Below, one piece after another: positions 48,856 through 57,518 of a stretch of 64,000 bases of DNA (the first letter of the stretch is position 1; each line of letters starts with the position of its first letter). The notes below the pieces were generated by a model. The model ran no database searches. It saw only the letters and a list, made by a program, of their open reading frames with translations, and was not told the DNA's origin. Where the stretch lies: assembly GCA_963713865.1 (NCBI GenBank), contig OY970208.1, positions 1,920,001 through 1,984,000 of the forward strand, read 5' to 3'. The translations under genes were made by a program, and so were the position numbers. This DNA comes from an uncultured candidate division Zixibacteria bacterium (lineage in GTDB: Bacteria; Zixibacteria; MSB-5A5; RBG-16-43-9).

Positions 48856-50596
48856 CTTGGCCTCCTTTATTAAATAATTTTATCTCTAGATAGAATCTTT
48901 CTTTATCCTCGGAATGGTATTTCAATGTTCCGCCTAAGTTCTCGATCAGGGCTGATGCCATAGCCAAACTTGAGCTTTTTGCCTCTTCCGCGATTAAGTT
49001 TGGAGACAAGAGGCTCAGAGAGAGAATAATCTCATCTTTAAAAAGACGAGTGGCAATATTGAGAGAACCACCGGAACCAGCGTTGCAGAGCATATTTTTC
49101 AGGAGATTGACTAACGAAGAATTCAGCCATGCCGGATTCAAAAAAAGATTGGGAATACCTGGCTGTAAGTTTTTAACCAGATAGATCCTTTTCTCTCTGA
49201 ATTCCTCTTTAAGTGTCTCTAGCGTCTGCTCTATAACCTGGTTAAGATTTAATTCCTTGGTTTTGTTTTTCGAATTATGGACATAATCCAGGAAACTGGT
49301 AAGCAAACTCTCCATTCTATCGATCTCTGAGACTATTATCTCCAGATACTTATAATTTGCATCTTGTGGGGTGATATTCTTTAAAATCGAACGAGCAAAT
49401 CCACCGATGATAGTCATTGGATTCCTTAGCTCATGAGCTACCTCTAACGTTATCTCCTCTATCGCCTGTGATCTCTCCATCCTTATCATTCTCTGGCTAC
49501 TCTCGGCTATCTTACGATTAGCTTCCTCCAGTTCCACCAGTTTCTTCTCCAGTCTCAGATAAAGTCTGGACCTCTCTATGGCGCTACCGGCATGATGAGC
49601 AAAGATTTGCAGGAGTTTTAAATCTTCCGCTTTTATCTCTTTACCGGTTATGAAATTATCTGCCAGGATTAAACCCTCTACCTTATCCACGGAGATTAAA
49701 GGAGCCAATGCTACCCTTCGAGTACCCAGTAACTCGAAAAGCTGTGAGATGTCTGAAGCCGAGCAGTTTTCCTCATTCAGGTATCGAGCTTGTTTATCTG
49801 AAACTGACTGAATCAGAGGATTTCCCTGCTCCTTCATCGATATCCTAATCTTTTGAACTATCTGATTTACCTCAATATCTTTCTGTTCTAAAGCAGAGCG
49901 ATAAGATTTGAGGATCTCCTCTAAGGATTGGTTTTGCTGGGAAAGATTTTTCCAGATTCTAAAAGCCTCATCCGGGTTAGATGGGCCTATAGCCATCTTA
50001 CCTTCAAGAAAGGTTTCTTTGTCATCTAAAAGCAGAAGAAAAGCTCGGTTGAATCCCAGGCCTTGACCGGCAGTAACGGCGATTAAGATGATATCCAGGA
50101 TCTCGTTTAAATTCAGAGTACTTCCTAAAACTTTCTCCACCCCGTCGATAATGGAAAGCTCATAGATGTTCTGTTTTAAACTCTCCTCTAACTTAACCTT
50201 GTTTGACTCATCCTCAACAAAACCGATTAGCCCGGCGTAGCTCCCATCCTTTTCCTTCAAAGGTGTTACTCGTAAAGAGAGGAAAGCTTCCTTTCCCCAG
50301 ATACTTCTATACTTGACCCTTTCTACTGCGAAAGGTTTCCCCTGTTCTAAAGTTTCCTTGAATTTTTTATCTATTCCCACAGCTCTTATGTTCTCTAACT
50401 CCAAAACATTTAAACCTACAGAATCTTCCGGTTTACTGCCGCCTAAGATCTTGGGGAAAAAATTATTGACGTATCTAACCTTCCCCTCCTGGTCACAGAT
50501 AAAAATTCCTATGCTGAGTTCCTGAAAGATATCCCTAAACTGTTTTATCAAGAGATCTAAATTACTAATTTTCTCAGTGGAAAGTTGTATTTCCAT
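48833..50596 (-). CDS. PAS-GAF-HisKA sensor with degenerate ATPase domain
   Basis: PAS, GAF (GLGFNRAFLLL), H-box AHELRNPM; no DxGxG box seen. Confidence 0.85.
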   Translation of the reverse strand: MEIQLSTEKISNLDLLIKQFRDIFQELSIGIFICDQEGKVRYVNNFFPKILGGSKPEDSVGLNVLELENIRAVGIDKKFKETLEQGKPFAVERVKYRSIWGKEAFLSLRVTPLKEKDGSYAGLIGFVEDESNKVKLEESLKQNIYELSIIDGVEKVLGSTLNLNEILDIILIAVTAGQGLGFNRAFLLLLDDKETFLEGKMAIGPSNPDEAFRIWKNLSQQNQSLEEILKSYRSALEQKDIEVNQIVQKIRISMKEQGNPLIQSVSDKQARYLNEENCSASDISQLFELLGTRRVALAPLISVDKVEGLILADNFITGKEIKAEDLKLLQIFAHHAGSAIERSRLYLRLEKKLVELEEANRKIAESSQRMIRMERSQAIEEITLEVAHELRNPMTIIGGFARSILKNITPQDANYKYLEIIVSEIDRMESLLTSFLDYVHNSKNKTKELNLNQVIEQTLETLKEEFREKRIYLVKNLQPGIPNLFLNPAWLNSSLVNLLKNMLCNAGSGGSLNIATRLFKDEIILSLSLLSPNLIAEEAKSSSLAMASALIENLGGTLKYHSEDKERFYLEIKLFNKGGQDEKHPHS

Positions 50597-50599
50597 TCT

Positions 50600-51073
50600 T
50601 TACTCGGTAAATGTTTTTACCCCTCTTGGTTCTTTCGCTTTATTAGAATATTCTAAAAGACTTTTTTTAAGTTTTGCTTCGAAGCTTCCAGTTTTTTCAG
50701 GGAAAAGCCCGCTTAAGGCTTCAGCTTTAATCTTCTCCTCGGAGTAAAGTTCAACTCCCACATAGAAATCATGCTCTTCAGATTCCTCCACTTTTTTTAC
50801 CTTTCCTAAAACTCCTTCTAACAGACCCAACCTTTTAAATTTAATGGAGAGATTAATGAAAGAACCCTCTTTCAAAGGATTATCTGTTAAAAGCAGTATC
50901 CCCTGCTCATTAAAGGTGAGCATTTCACCCCTGCCTTCTTTTTCAGCTTCGTATCCTGGCAGTAAACAAGTTTTGAAATTGATAGGCTCTTCTAACTCAA
51001 GTTCTACCACTTTGCCTTTCTTCCGCTCTTCTTCTGATCTTTTACTTTTTTCTAAAGTCGTATTTACTTCCAT
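50600..51073 (-). CDS. PilZ-like beta-barrel protein (degenerate motifs)
   Basis: TFNEQGILL...LKEGSFINL...GKVKKVE...YVGVEL pattern; canonical RxxxR/DxSxxG not intact. Confidence 0.5.
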   Translation of the reverse strand: MEVNTTLEKSKRSEEERKKGKVVELELEEPINFKTCLLPGYEAEKEGRGEMLTFNEQGILLLTDNPLKEGSFINLSIKFKRLGLLEGVLGKVKKVEESEEHDFYVGVELYSEEKIKAEALSGLFPEKTGSFEAKLKKSLLEYSNKAKEPRGVKTFTE

Positions 51074-51188
51074 AATTACTCCTTTTTTGTCTTTTTTAGA
51101 TCTCCATATTTCTTCTTTCCCAAACGCTTTTAAAGAGAACCTTAAGCTATATTTGTCATATCTTTTTATTAGTATCCCGGAGATAGTT

Positions 51189-51947
51189 TTAAATGATAGG
51201 TAGCCGTAGCAACAAGGTATTTCCTTTACCCGGACTTCTTCTTATTTCCAGATCACCTTTATGTTCCTTCAATATCAAGTAACTATTTAAAATCCCAAAA
51301 GTTGAATTATTCCCGATCCGCAGAGCAGCGTAATCTTCTACTCTTCTTCGTATTTCTTCAGGTAATTCCTCCCCCTGGTCATTAAATTCCACCTTCAAGT
51401 ACTCATCTTCTTTTCTTAAACTTATCTCCAGTTTCCCGCCCCAGCTAATCCTTTGTTTAGCATTAAGTGTTAAGTAAAAAAACAACTCTTTGAGTTGTGA
51501 AGGATTTCCCTTAACCTTGGGTAGATTCTCTGGTAAATTTAAATTTAGTTCTATTTTTTTATCCTTAAGGCTGGCTTTGATCAAGGAAAGAATTGAGCCA
51601 ACCAGATAGTTTATATCAACATCGGTTTTTAGTTTATTATCTTCCGATTTCGACCGGGTCAGGTCAGTTAAGCTATCTATTAACTCCGCAATCCGTTGAG
51701 CTCCTTTCTCGATAGTTTTTAAATCCTCCATTGATTTGGTTGGGCTTTGTTCTTTGGCTATTCTCATCATAAATATCTGGGACTTTCCCAGGATGATCTG
51801 CAAAGGATTATTTATCTCATGAGCTACTCCACCCAGGATCTCACCCAGGCAAGCTAATCTTTCAATCTCCAGGGATCTTTGTCTAGATGACTCCGTTATC
51901 TCTTTTGTTTCAGGCTTGTTTTTTTTATCAATTGAAGTCGAAACCAT
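51189..51947 (-). CDS. Cytoplasmic HisKA protein with degenerate ATPase domain
   Basis: AHEINNPL H-box; G1 DQGEE, F box absent, G2 reduced. Confidence 0.8.
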   Translation of the reverse strand: MVSTSIDKKNKPETKEITESSRQRSLEIERLACLGEILGGVAHEINNPLQIILGKSQIFMMRIAKEQSPTKSMEDLKTIEKGAQRIAELIDSLTDLTRSKSEDNKLKTDVDINYLVGSILSLIKASLKDKKIELNLNLPENLPKVKGNPSQLKELFFYLTLNAKQRISWGGKLEISLRKEDEYLKVEFNDQGEELPEEIRRRVEDYAALRIGNNSTFGILNSYLILKEHKGDLEIRRSPGKGNTLLLRLPII

Positions 51948-52188
51948 TTTAACTCCTGCATTTTAAGTTGTCAGATAGTTACATCTATAGAGTTTCTACT
52001 TCCGATAATTTTATCTTCTTTACACTGATGCTTTTCCTTCTTCATCTCTCTGAATTTGCATTCTTCGTTTATTCTGGACCAAGGATTCTTCTTTCTGCTT
52101 TTATAAAGAGCCTGTTTTCCTTTAGAAATTCTTTTTTCGGCAGAGATCTGCGAAATGCTGCTTTTTAAAGATTGTTCCTGATTCATAT

Positions 52189-52947
52189 TCAAAGGGCAAA
52201 ATTTTCTTTTATCATGTTTCTTAATTTCATCACCGCTTTGGTATGAATCTGGGAAACTCTGGATTCTGATATCTCCATAACTTCCCCTATCTCTTTGAGG
52301 GTCAATTCCTCATAGTAATACAGAGCTATAACCAGTCTCTCCTGTTCTGAAAGATGCTTTATCGCCGAGACCAGAAAAGCTTTAAGCTCCTTTTTCTCCA
52401 GATCATTCAGGATATTTTCTCGGGCCGTGGCTTCGATCGTCTCTATCCTGGGAATCTGCCGGTTATCCTCCTCTTTGTAGACCAGATCATCTAAAGAGAG
52501 CACGATGGAGGAGGATAGATCACCTCTGGCCGAATGCAGCTCCTTGACCGGCATTTTCAAAAATTTCGCCAGCTCTCTATCCGTGGGTATCCGTCCTAAT
52601 TTATTTTCCAGCTTGGTCAAAGCTTTGTCGATCTCGCGCGATTTCGCTCGCGTAGATCGAGGTACCCAGTCCAAAGACCTCAGCTCATCTAAGATGGCGC
52701 CACGGATTCGCGGAACGGCGTAGGTCTCGAACTTTACTCCGCGGTCGGGATCAAAATTGGAAAATGCCTCCACCAGTCCGATAACCCCGGTGCTGATCAG
52801 GTCCTGCAACTCCACCGATTTGGGAAAACCGATCGCCATTCTTCCGGCTACGCTTTTGACTAAAGGCAGATACTCGGACAGAAGTTTTTCCCTTTTTTCC
52901 GGATCTTTACTTTTTAAGTAAATGCCCCAATCCTTTTCAATGGTCAT
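52189..52947 (-). CDS. fliA: RNA polymerase sigma factor FliA/WhiG (sigma28)
   Basis: YLPLVK..A, KFETYA..RIRGAILDELRSLDWVPRS, LYYYEELTLKEIG..ISESRVSQIH; likely ATG 52947 (ORF track start is 52974). Confidence 0.95.
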   Translation of the reverse strand: MTIEKDWGIYLKSKDPEKREKLLSEYLPLVKSVAGRMAIGFPKSVELQDLISTGVIGLVEAFSNFDPDRGVKFETYAVPRIRGAILDELRSLDWVPRSTRAKSREIDKALTKLENKLGRIPTDRELAKFLKMPVKELHSARGDLSSSIVLSLDDLVYKEEDNRQIPRIETIEATARENILNDLEKKELKAFLVSAIKHLSEQERLVIALYYYEELTLKEIGEVMEISESRVSQIHTKAVMKLRNMIKENFAL

Positions 52948-53010
52948 AACTTTACCCCCTTGTGCCCCTGTCAACCTTTTGGGAAAGCTGACTCAAAGCA
53001 CTAAGTATTA

Positions 53011-53037
53011 TTATCGTCTGTTTCATTCTATTTTATC
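53011..53037 (-). promoter_or_regulatory. Possible sigma28-type promoter of fliA
   Basis: GACGATAA -10 box, the same as at flgM; weak -35 GATAAAAT. Confidence 0.4.
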
Positions 53038-53673
53038 ACACTTTTTCTAATTTTAATTCACCCTTACAAGGGATTGCTGGTACTGTTTTGTTTTTATAAT
53101 CCTTAGCAAATATTTTCATTTAAGATTTTTCAGAATTTCAGTTATTTAGTTATTTATGTTTAATAGGAGTTTTTCTATGATTATTCCAGAAACCAGGAAA
53201 GAAAAAGCCAGAATTATAAACCCTATTCCCACCAATAATTTTGAAAGAGATGGCTGAGTAAAATTTGAAATTTAAACTTAATGGATTATATCTCGGTTCC
53301 ATATTTCTCATTTTGTAGAAAAGAGTTGAGCAAACCTCGTGCCTGAGAGGTATGTTGACTGACAATGTGTAGATAAGTTCCAGTCAAATCAGGGATTAGC
53401 TTTCATAAGAGCTGAAGAGACTGAAGTAAAATTATTGTTGAATTTGGAAATTATTTCCCCCCGTAGGGGACAACCTTTCCTGTGCAGAAAAAGTACAGTT
53501 TTTGATTGATAGAAGAGATGAGTCAGACCTATTCGTATACCCACCTTGCTCCCAGGGCGGGTATAACTCAGATGTTTAACAGTATTTTATTATTGACAGA
53601 AGCCCGTTTTTAACCACATATTAATCTTAATATAAATTATTAAGTTGCTAGTAAAATGGGCTTACCTTTAGTT

Positions 53674-53773
53674 GATATTTTGAGGGAGTGAAACGACCGA
53701 ATCCGCCTAGGCGGATGTCGAATCTGACCTTGAGGTAGATTCTTCGTCCGCCTTCGGCGGACTCAGAATGACA
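53674..53773. repeat. REP-like element with nested CCGCC/GGCGG palindromes
   Basis: ...GAGGGAG...GAATC...GATTCTTCG...TCAGAATGACA as at 6868-6958. Confidence 0.7.
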
Positions 53774-54000
53774 GTTGGTCAAGTTAATGCAATTTAATAG
53801 TACCTCCTTGCCCTCAAGTCAATGAAACGGCATGCAGGAGTGGAGCAATTTAGTTTTAATCCTCGTTCACCTGACCAATAAATGTATATATTCAAAAAGT
53901 TTACTGGTGAAATCGATTAGACTTTGATGCATTCAGGGAAGGAAAAGAAGAAGAGCTATGGTGATTGACATTTTCTATTAATCTCTTTATGAAATTATGC

Positions 54001-54115
54001 TGGCTGAGAGAATGAAGCTCCATTTCATTCTCCCAGCCATTTTCCCCCTCTCCGCGTCTTTGATTTGAGGTTTTATCCTCAAACCTTGTGTGCCATAACT
54101 TCGGTTTAGTTCAAT
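54001..54115 (-). ncRNA. Candidate sigma54-driven structured RNA (or leader with a 17-aa ORF)
   Basis: Hairpins at 54064-54083 and 54001-54039 (16-bp stem with a G-U pair on the minus strand, loop AUGGAGC). Confidence 0.35.
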
Positions 54116-54126
54116 CATTCTCTTTC

Positions 54127-54141
54127 GCAATTTATGTGCCA
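54127..54141 (-). promoter_or_regulatory. Sigma54-type promoter
   Basis: Perfect TGGCAC-ATAAA-TTGC; IHF-like ATTCAAGCAATTA at 54182-54194. Confidence 0.8.
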
Positions 54142-54377
54142 ACCTCACAAAATCAGATGCTTACTTTGTTATCTCTCTATTATTCAAGCAATTAATCTTC
54201 TTATAGATTTCTTTAGTCTTTTCTGTCAGCAGACTCATTTCGAAAATAATTCCTGTTTTTATGTAAATATTTCCTAAAAAACTTTCCAGACCAGCAACCT
54301 TGAAAACGCAGAGTATATTCTTATAAAATAATTTAACTTTAAGATTAATTTTAACCTATACAGAAAGGTATATCAGC

Positions 54378-54412
54378 AAAAAAATTTCCCACTTTAGCCA
54401 AAGTGGGAAATT
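54378..54412 (-). terminator. Intrinsic terminator of the protease gene
   Basis: AATTTCCCACTTT-GGCT-AAAGTGGGAAATT followed by a T-run. Confidence 0.8.
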
Positions 54413-54441
54413 AGGTGTCTTTGTATAACGTGAGAGCCACC

Positions 54442-55311
54442 TCATTTCTTGATACTTTGTGATTTTATTTTCTGTTTAATTAAGTCTACTAATTCCCAGA
54501 TATAGTAAGAGGGGTGTGCAAGGCATAATTCATTCCAAGTATGTCCCATAGCGACAAGTCCGACGACGAGCCACGCTTGGTTCGAACCGGGTAGCAGTGC
54601 GAATACCGGACCCCCGCTATCCCCTGGTCGGGATGTAATATCGAGGATAATCCATTCCGATGTTATTGGCTCCGTACATTCGCAGTTAGCACGTTGTTTT
54701 GTAACGTTAAGGGTGAGCTTATCGCTGGGGAATATTGCTATATTTCCAAATCTACTGATGTGGAATTGCGGTTCTTGGTCGGTAGCAAAGGAAAAGCCAA
54801 TTATTTGAACCGGTGTTCCGTCTCTTATGTCTAACCTCTTGATATCTTCTCTCTTGGCAACCATATCCATTTTTATACCATAAATCCATGGGTCATAGTT
54901 GGCGGGATTGACTATAACGGTGTCACCGAGTGGTACAGCACCCACGATTACAATGACTAAGTCCACATTGGAGTCTGGATGTTCAGCGAATAGCTTAGAG
55001 CCTTTCCAGCGCAAGTATAGCGTGGCTTTTTCGTTGGTGGCTACTACCTTATTGTCATCTGAGATCTTGTTCCTTCGAACAAATACGCTGTCAAAGTATT
55101 GGTGAGTTTTGGGTGATTGAACCATATGCTTGTTTGTAACAAGGAAAAAACCTAATAAAGAATCCCTTACTAAAAAGCCCGTCCCTAATCCCTGCTCTGG
55201 GGTTTCAATTCTAAGTATCGAGCGCTTATTCAGCTCGGGGATTGATTGTGCTAAGGTCGTCGATAAACCCATTAGAAAGAAAATGACGATAGAAAGAATG
55301 ATGTATCGCAT
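54442..55311 (-). CDS. Secreted trypsin-like serine protease
   Basis: Signal peptide; TNKH (His), VDL (Asp), PGDSGGPV (Ser). Confidence 0.88.
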   Translation of the reverse strand: MRYIILSIVIFFLMGLSTTLAQSIPELNKRSILRIETPEQGLGTGFLVRDSLLGFFLVTNKHMVQSPKTHQYFDSVFVRRNKISDDNKVVATNEKATLYLRWKGSKLFAEHPDSNVDLVIVIVGAVPLGDTVIVNPANYDPWIYGIKMDMVAKREDIKRLDIRDGTPVQIIGFSFATDQEPQFHISRFGNIAIFPSDKLTLNVTKQRANCECTEPITSEWIILDITSRPGDSGGPVFALLPGSNQAWLVVGLVAMGHTWNELCLAHPSYYIWELVDLIKQKIKSQSIKK

Positions 55312-55351
55312 AAGTAAGCCTCCAATCTGTTTATAAGTTTCTTATGACAAG

Positions 55352-55380
55352 AATCTATGATAAGTGCGGAATGTTGTCAA
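55352..55380 (-). promoter_or_regulatory. Sigma70-type promoter of the protease gene
   Basis: TTGACA-N17-TAGATT. Confidence 0.65.
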
Positions 55381-55505
55381 GAAAAAATTTTAAATTTGAA
55401 TAAGGTGGGAATTTCAAGCCAGTTTTGACAAAATTTTCACCTTCTGCTAAGGTGATAAAACTTTAACAGGTGGTGAAAAGTGAACCTTAGAAAAGCCCAA
55501 AACTC

Positions 55506-55628
55506 GCGTAGCAGTCCCGCTCTTAGCGGGATTAGACCTCTCTACGAGGAGCGAAGCCCGGCGTAGCCGCCGTAAAGCTTTATCGGCTGCCGAGCCCTGA
55601 TCCCGCCAACGGCGGGACGGCTACGCGT
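55506..55628. repeat. REP-like cluster with TCCCGC/GCGGGA palindromes
   Basis: CGCGTAGC...GCTACGCG ends; TCCCGCTCTTAGCGGGA, TCCCGCCAACGGCGGGA. Confidence 0.7.
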
Positions 55629-55634
55629 GTATTT

Positions 55635-55841
55635 TTATCCTCTCCCCCACTCACAGAAAATACATCTCCCCAATTCCGGGGCGTAGTTATAGCATTTTTC
55701 GTAATTACCAAAAGGAATTTTTCCATCAAAGGCAAAGCAATCCAGGTCCATATCCTTGCAGGGTATTTCTTTATAGTCTTTGATTACCCTTTCTTCAAAA
55801 GATACAACACTTAAAAGTTTATTTAAACTATCTTCTCTCAT
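55635..55841 (-). CDS. Small Cys-rich hypothetical protein
   Basis: 68 aa with five Cys including a terminal CxxC; flanked by repeats. Confidence 0.45.
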   Translation of the reverse strand: MREDSLNKLLSVVSFEERVIKDYKEIPCKDMDLDCFAFDGKIPFGNYEKCYNYAPELGRCIFCEWGRG

Positions 55842-55878
55842 TTCTTTCTCGTAGCACGACTCTTTTAGGGATACACCC

Positions 55879-56002
55879 CGTCATTGCGAGCGACTGCAAG
55901 GAGCAAAGCAAACCTTTTACTCTATTGGGATTGCTTCGTCGTCCCCGTATGGGTCTCCTCGCAATGACATATTTCCCCACCTTGAGGGCAAGGTGGGGCT
56001 AC
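55879..56002. repeat. REP-like elements (GTCATTGCGAG...CTCGCAATGAC and CCCCACCTT...AAGGTGGGG)
   Basis: Terminal inverted repeats visible. Confidence 0.75.
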
Positions 56003-56024
56003 CGGGATTTTCCCTGTTTACTGT

Positions 56025-57407
56025 CTACTCACTACTGTCTACTTGTTTATTATCTTCTTTCAGCCCGTATTCCTGCAGTTTATTCCTAAGGGTGCGGGAG
56101 GAAATCCCCAAAACCTCTGCTGCTTTGGTTTTGTTTTTGCCATAGATTTCCAGGGTTTTAAGGATTAAGGCTTTCTCCATATCAGCGATAGTGCATCCTA
56201 CCTTTAATCCTGAATCGTCATATTCTGCTTTTTTCAAAAACAGCTCCAGAGGAAAATCCGATGGCATAAGGATTTTGTTTTTAGTGGTAACCACTGCCCT
56301 TTCGATATAGTTTTCCAGCTCCCTTACGTTCCCGGGCCAGTGATATTCAAGGAAAAGCTGATAAACCCTTTCTGAAATCCCCTGGGCGTTTTTCTTGTTC
56401 TCCTGATTATATTTCTGTAAAAAATGCTCAGCCAAAATAGGTATGTCCTCTTTTCTTTCCCGCAGGGGAGCTAAATGAATCGGTATAACATTCAAACGAA
56501 AGAAAAGGTCTTCTCTGAACTTCCCTTGCTTTATCTGTTCATCTAAATTTTTATTGGAGGTAGAGATAATCCTCACATCCACCTGTATAGAATACCCTGA
56601 TCCCACCCTTTCAAATTCTCTTTCCTGCAAAACCCTTAAAAGCTTAGCCTGTAGCCCTGGCGTTATTTCGCTTATCTCATCTAAAAGCAAAGTCCCCCCA
56701 TCTGCCATCTCAAACCTGCCTCTGGTCTGGCGGATTGCGCCGGTAAAAGCACCTTTTTCATGACCGAAAAGCTCGGATTCTACCAATCCTTCTGGCAGAG
56801 CGGCACAATTTATCTTGATAAAGGGATCTTCTTTTCTGGAGCTGTTATAGTGAATTGCCTTGGCGATAAGCTCTTTGCCAGTTCCGGATTCACCGCTAAG
56901 CAAAACCGAGGAGCGGCTGTCCGCAATCATATCCACCATCTCAAAGACCTTCTGCATCTGGGGAGATTTTCCGATTATGTTTTGGAACCTGTATTTACCA
57001 ACTACCTCAGTTCTCAACATCCGGTTCTCGATCAAAAGCTTTTTATACTCAAAAGCTTTTTTAACTACCAGCTCGATCTCATCTGCAGAGAATGGCTTCA
57101 TAATATAGTCGAAAGCACCTAATTTCATCGCCTCTACTGCATTCTCCACTGTTCCGAAAGCAGTCATCATAATGATTTTAGTGTCCGGACAGCTGTCTTT
57201 AGCCGCTTTCAGAAGCTCCATCCCGTTTAATTTTGGCATCCTTATATCAGAGACAACTACATCATATTCTTTCTGCTTCAATTTATCCAGAGCCTCATCT
57301 CCGCTGGAAGCTAATTCCACTAAATAATCTGACCGGCTAAGGGTCTCATTTAAAAAATCCTTGGTCAGATTATCATCATCCACCACTAAGACTCTCTTTT
57401 CTAACAA
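56025..57407 (-). CDS. Sigma54-dependent response regulator (NtrC/FlrC-like)
   Basis: REC domain, GESGTGKE, intact GAFTGA, WPGNVREL, Fis-type HTH. Confidence 0.96.
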   Translation of the reverse strand: MLEKRVLVVDDDNLTKDFLNETLSRSDYLVELASSGDEALDKLKQKEYDVVVSDIRMPKLNGMELLKAAKDSCPDTKIIMMTAFGTVENAVEAMKLGAFDYIMKPFSADEIELVVKKAFEYKKLLIENRMLRTEVVGKYRFQNIIGKSPQMQKVFEMVDMIADSRSSVLLSGESGTGKELIAKAIHYNSSRKEDPFIKINCAALPEGLVESELFGHEKGAFTGAIRQTRGRFEMADGGTLLLDEISEITPGLQAKLLRVLQEREFERVGSGYSIQVDVRIISTSNKNLDEQIKQGKFREDLFFRLNVIPIHLAPLRERKEDIPILAEHFLQKYNQENKKNAQGISERVYQLFLEYHWPGNVRELENYIERAVVTTKNKILMPSDFPLELFLKKAEYDDSGLKVGCTIADMEKALILKTLEIYGKNKTKAAEVLGISSRTLRNKLQEYGLKEDNKQVDSSE

Positions 57408-57425
57408 AGCTCTCCTCCTCCTTCA

Positions 57426-57487
57426 CGTAGTGCGATCCTTTGAGGGTTGATGAAATCGACTGAGCAAGGCTGAAGCCTTGCCCTGCA
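57426..57487. repeat. REP-like element
   Basis: CGTAGTGCGATCCTTT...GCAAGGCTGAAGCCTTGCCCTGCA. Confidence 0.65.
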
Positions 57488-57518
57488 AAACATATTTTAC
57501 CTTGTTTTAAGAAAACTT

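Noticed and set aside
51971-52192. 73-aa ORF overlapping the fliA stop
   Set aside because: The ATGA overlap is suggestive but the sequence is low-complexity with no recognisable family.
53150-53365. 71-aa ORF and an overlapping TM-like frame upstream of fliA
   Set aside because: No motif, and the hydrophobic frame has no clear RBS or start; cannot be told from decayed DNA.
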